From contig CP142736.1 in NCBI GenBank assembly GCA_036630325.1, forward strand, positions 682,001 through 746,000: a stretch of DNA of 64,000 nt, read 5' to 3'. The first letter of the stretch is position 1, and each line of letters opens with the position of its first letter. Origin of the DNA: Vairimorpha necatrix. Taxonomy: Eukaryota. Both the position numbers and the translations under genes were made by a program. Below, one piece after another: positions 61,959 through 64,000 of this stretch. The notes beneath the pieces are model-generated. The model was not told the origin of the DNA, did no database searches, and saw nothing but the letters and a program-made list of their open reading frames with translations.

Positions 61959-62976
61959 GGCTAAAGTTAGCTTTAGGACGCAAATTTCGATATAGGGTTT
62001 TTTTGTTTTTTTTTGCCCCTTTTTTAAAAAAATGGAAGAAAGAAAATGTGGAGGAAGGAACAAAAATTAAAATTAGAACAATAAATTTAATTATGCATCG
62101 AAAAAGAATTAAAGGAATTTCTCTGGAGCATATACCTAAGTAAATAAAGTTTAGCGCTGTTTTGGGGCCTGTTTCTGTTAGGTATAGAATTTTTGAGTGA
62201 ACGCCAATTACCTTCAATGGTATTAGTGTGTACTCCAGTATTTGGATCTCGAAAGTTTAATGAGTGGTTTACCATATAATGTTTTTTAAATAAGGTGCCC
62301 AAAGAATGATAAGCCTTCACATATCACTATGTATAGTGCTTTTTGCATCAACGAATTTCAATAAGAGATCTGTAAGAGTTTTTTTATCTCTTTTCTTAAT
62401 ATATAGAACCACAATCTTACGTTCGATAGTACGTTCTATCATGCCGAAACACCAAAACCCCTCACTAATTTTCCTCTGTTATATTTATTTTTTCCGATTT
62501 TAGTTTCATCAATTTCAACAATGATATTTTCTCCTACTATCTTGTTTAAAGGTGATAAATATTTATCATAGAGATTTAATTTCTTTAATTTTTTAAGTAA
62601 AAAAGATATCGAAGGTTTTGAACAACAGAGAATTTGGCAAATAAATTTACGAGAATAGCCAAGAATCCACAAATTTAGTACCTGCAAAATTGTGATATGA
62701 TCGAGTTTGGAGTTTTCAAAGAAAGTATTCGTCCATCGATGTTTGCTTCTTACAATCTTTCCAGGTACAAAATAAAACACAAATTTGTTTTCTCGTGAAT
62801 CTCATTCTATTATCACACACACTGCAAATCTGATCTTGTCTTTTAGTAATTAGATTTTTATACACTATTTCTAATTCTGCTCTTGTCATTATTCTTTCTT
62901 CCATTTTTTTAAAAAAGGGGCAAAAAAAACAAAAAAACCCTATATCGAAATTTGCGTCCTAAAGCTAACTTTAGCC
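61959..62976 (-). mobile_element. Merlin (IS1595/ISXO2-like) DNA transposon, full length, family 1
   Basis: Near-perfect TIRs of about 85 bp (GGCTAAAGTTAGC...GCTAACTTTAGCC) and an 8-bp TSD AAAATTTG (61951-61958 and 62977-62984). Confidence 0.95.
62087..62904 (-). pseudogene. Merlin DDE transposase, frameshifted
   Basis: Zn-ribbon CSVC...CTWKDC, VEIDETKIGKNKYNRG, TIHSD and VNHSLNFRDPNTGVHTNTIEGNW, spread over several frames. Confidence 0.92.
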
Positions 62977-63337
62977 AAAATTTGTACCGTGTAAATTATT
63001 TTCTTCTTTAGTTCTTGTTTATGAGATGTAGATGTATTTGTGTTTTCGATTTACTAATTTTCTCATTTTTATAATGTCGCATTCGATGATGTTTTTTTTG
63101 TACCTGCATCAGTTTTGGTTATAGAAATTTTATTAGCAGATTGTCTTTGTTTTTTTTTGATTTTAACAAAAGGTATATTCTATGGTTTAAGATTATTATA
63201 TTTTTCAATATTTAAACCACATGTCCCATTGAAAGCTGCATTACTTTTTCTTCTTGCTTTGATCTATTTCTTGATTTTTTATAGTGATCTCTTTGATATT
63301 TTTAGGTATCTAGTTTAAACAACTGATATATTTTTTG

Positions 63338-63934
63338 GATACATTATCGTTTGAAACCCGCTTTGAAAATTTAAAAAAAAGAGAAAAAAATGACTTAACG
63401 ATTTAAATTAAATAATGAAAGAAGACGTTTTATCCGTTGATTTTGGGGATTTGGAAAGCTCAGAGGAACTGTTGAAAGATACTCACAGTGTTTTTCCTGT
63501 TATTTCTATGTCTAGATCATATAATTCTTATAAAAATGAGCCAAAACTACTTAAATTATTTGGTATTGTGGCTGAGAATCCCTAGGGGCTACAGCATTGA
63601 TGGAGTGATTCACAGTACTGTGCTCGATCTCTTTGCCTGTCAAATGTAGCCTCATATGCTATCCATTGATTAGTGATAATAATAGAAACAGGTTATACAT
63701 TATCTTGTATTACCTTAAGGAAATAGCAGTATTTCTACTAGTTACAGAAACGAGCAAGGCGCACGCCGATTCAGCACTAAATGTTTCCAAAATAAACCTT
63801 TCATTTATTTCCATGTTCAAATTCATTTCATCACGAAAAAGTTTATCTGCCTAAAAACCATCTTTTTTTAATTTTGCCATTTTTTAAAAGGGGTCTTTTA
63901 AATTTATAAAGCGGGTTTTAAACTGTCATGTACC
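63338..63934 (-). mobile_element. Non-autonomous Merlin deletion derivative, family 2
   Basis: Imperfect TIRs matching 18517-19095 and an 8-bp TSD ATTTTTTG (63330-63337 and 63935-63942). Minus-strand remnant SIIITNQWIAY...HSTVNHSIN. Confidence 0.85.
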
Positions 63935-64000
63935 ATTTTTTGTTTAGCTAGTTAGAAAATTTTACCTCCAATACATAAACATTTAATATTTTTAAAGCTT

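Noticed and set aside
1-64000. CRISPR arrays, prokaryotic operons or telomeric repeats
   Set aside because: No spaced repeats or telomere arrays were seen, and the DNA is eukaryotic.

Overview
This is AT-rich eukaryotic DNA from a microsporidian. The short SSU and 5.8S-fused LSU rRNAs are of the Vairimorpha/Nosema type, and most genes have a CCC or GGG motif just before the ATG. The window is gene-poor and transposon-rich. It holds one dispersed SSU-ITS-LSU rDNA unit (25548-29311), an EnP1/SWP30-like spore-wall gene, an HPC2/ubinuclein-domain gene, several small secreted-protein genes, Ty3/gypsy elements, Merlin DNA transposons with derivatives, and a three-copy tRNA-headed SINE-like family. 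Two things stand out. (1) About 70 bp downstream of the LSU, in the rRNA orientation, a two-ORF APE-RT LINE starts with a complete HDV-like ribozyme fold (29381-29449) that appears to be its entire 5' UTR. Two relatives have inserted into this LINE, leaving 28-bp and 15-bp duplications. (2) Three LTR elements have ultra-short LTRs (70, 48 and 49/55 bp), each delimited by a PBS, a PPT and a perfect 5-bp TSD. All calls come from reading the sequence by eye; no searches or folding programs were run.
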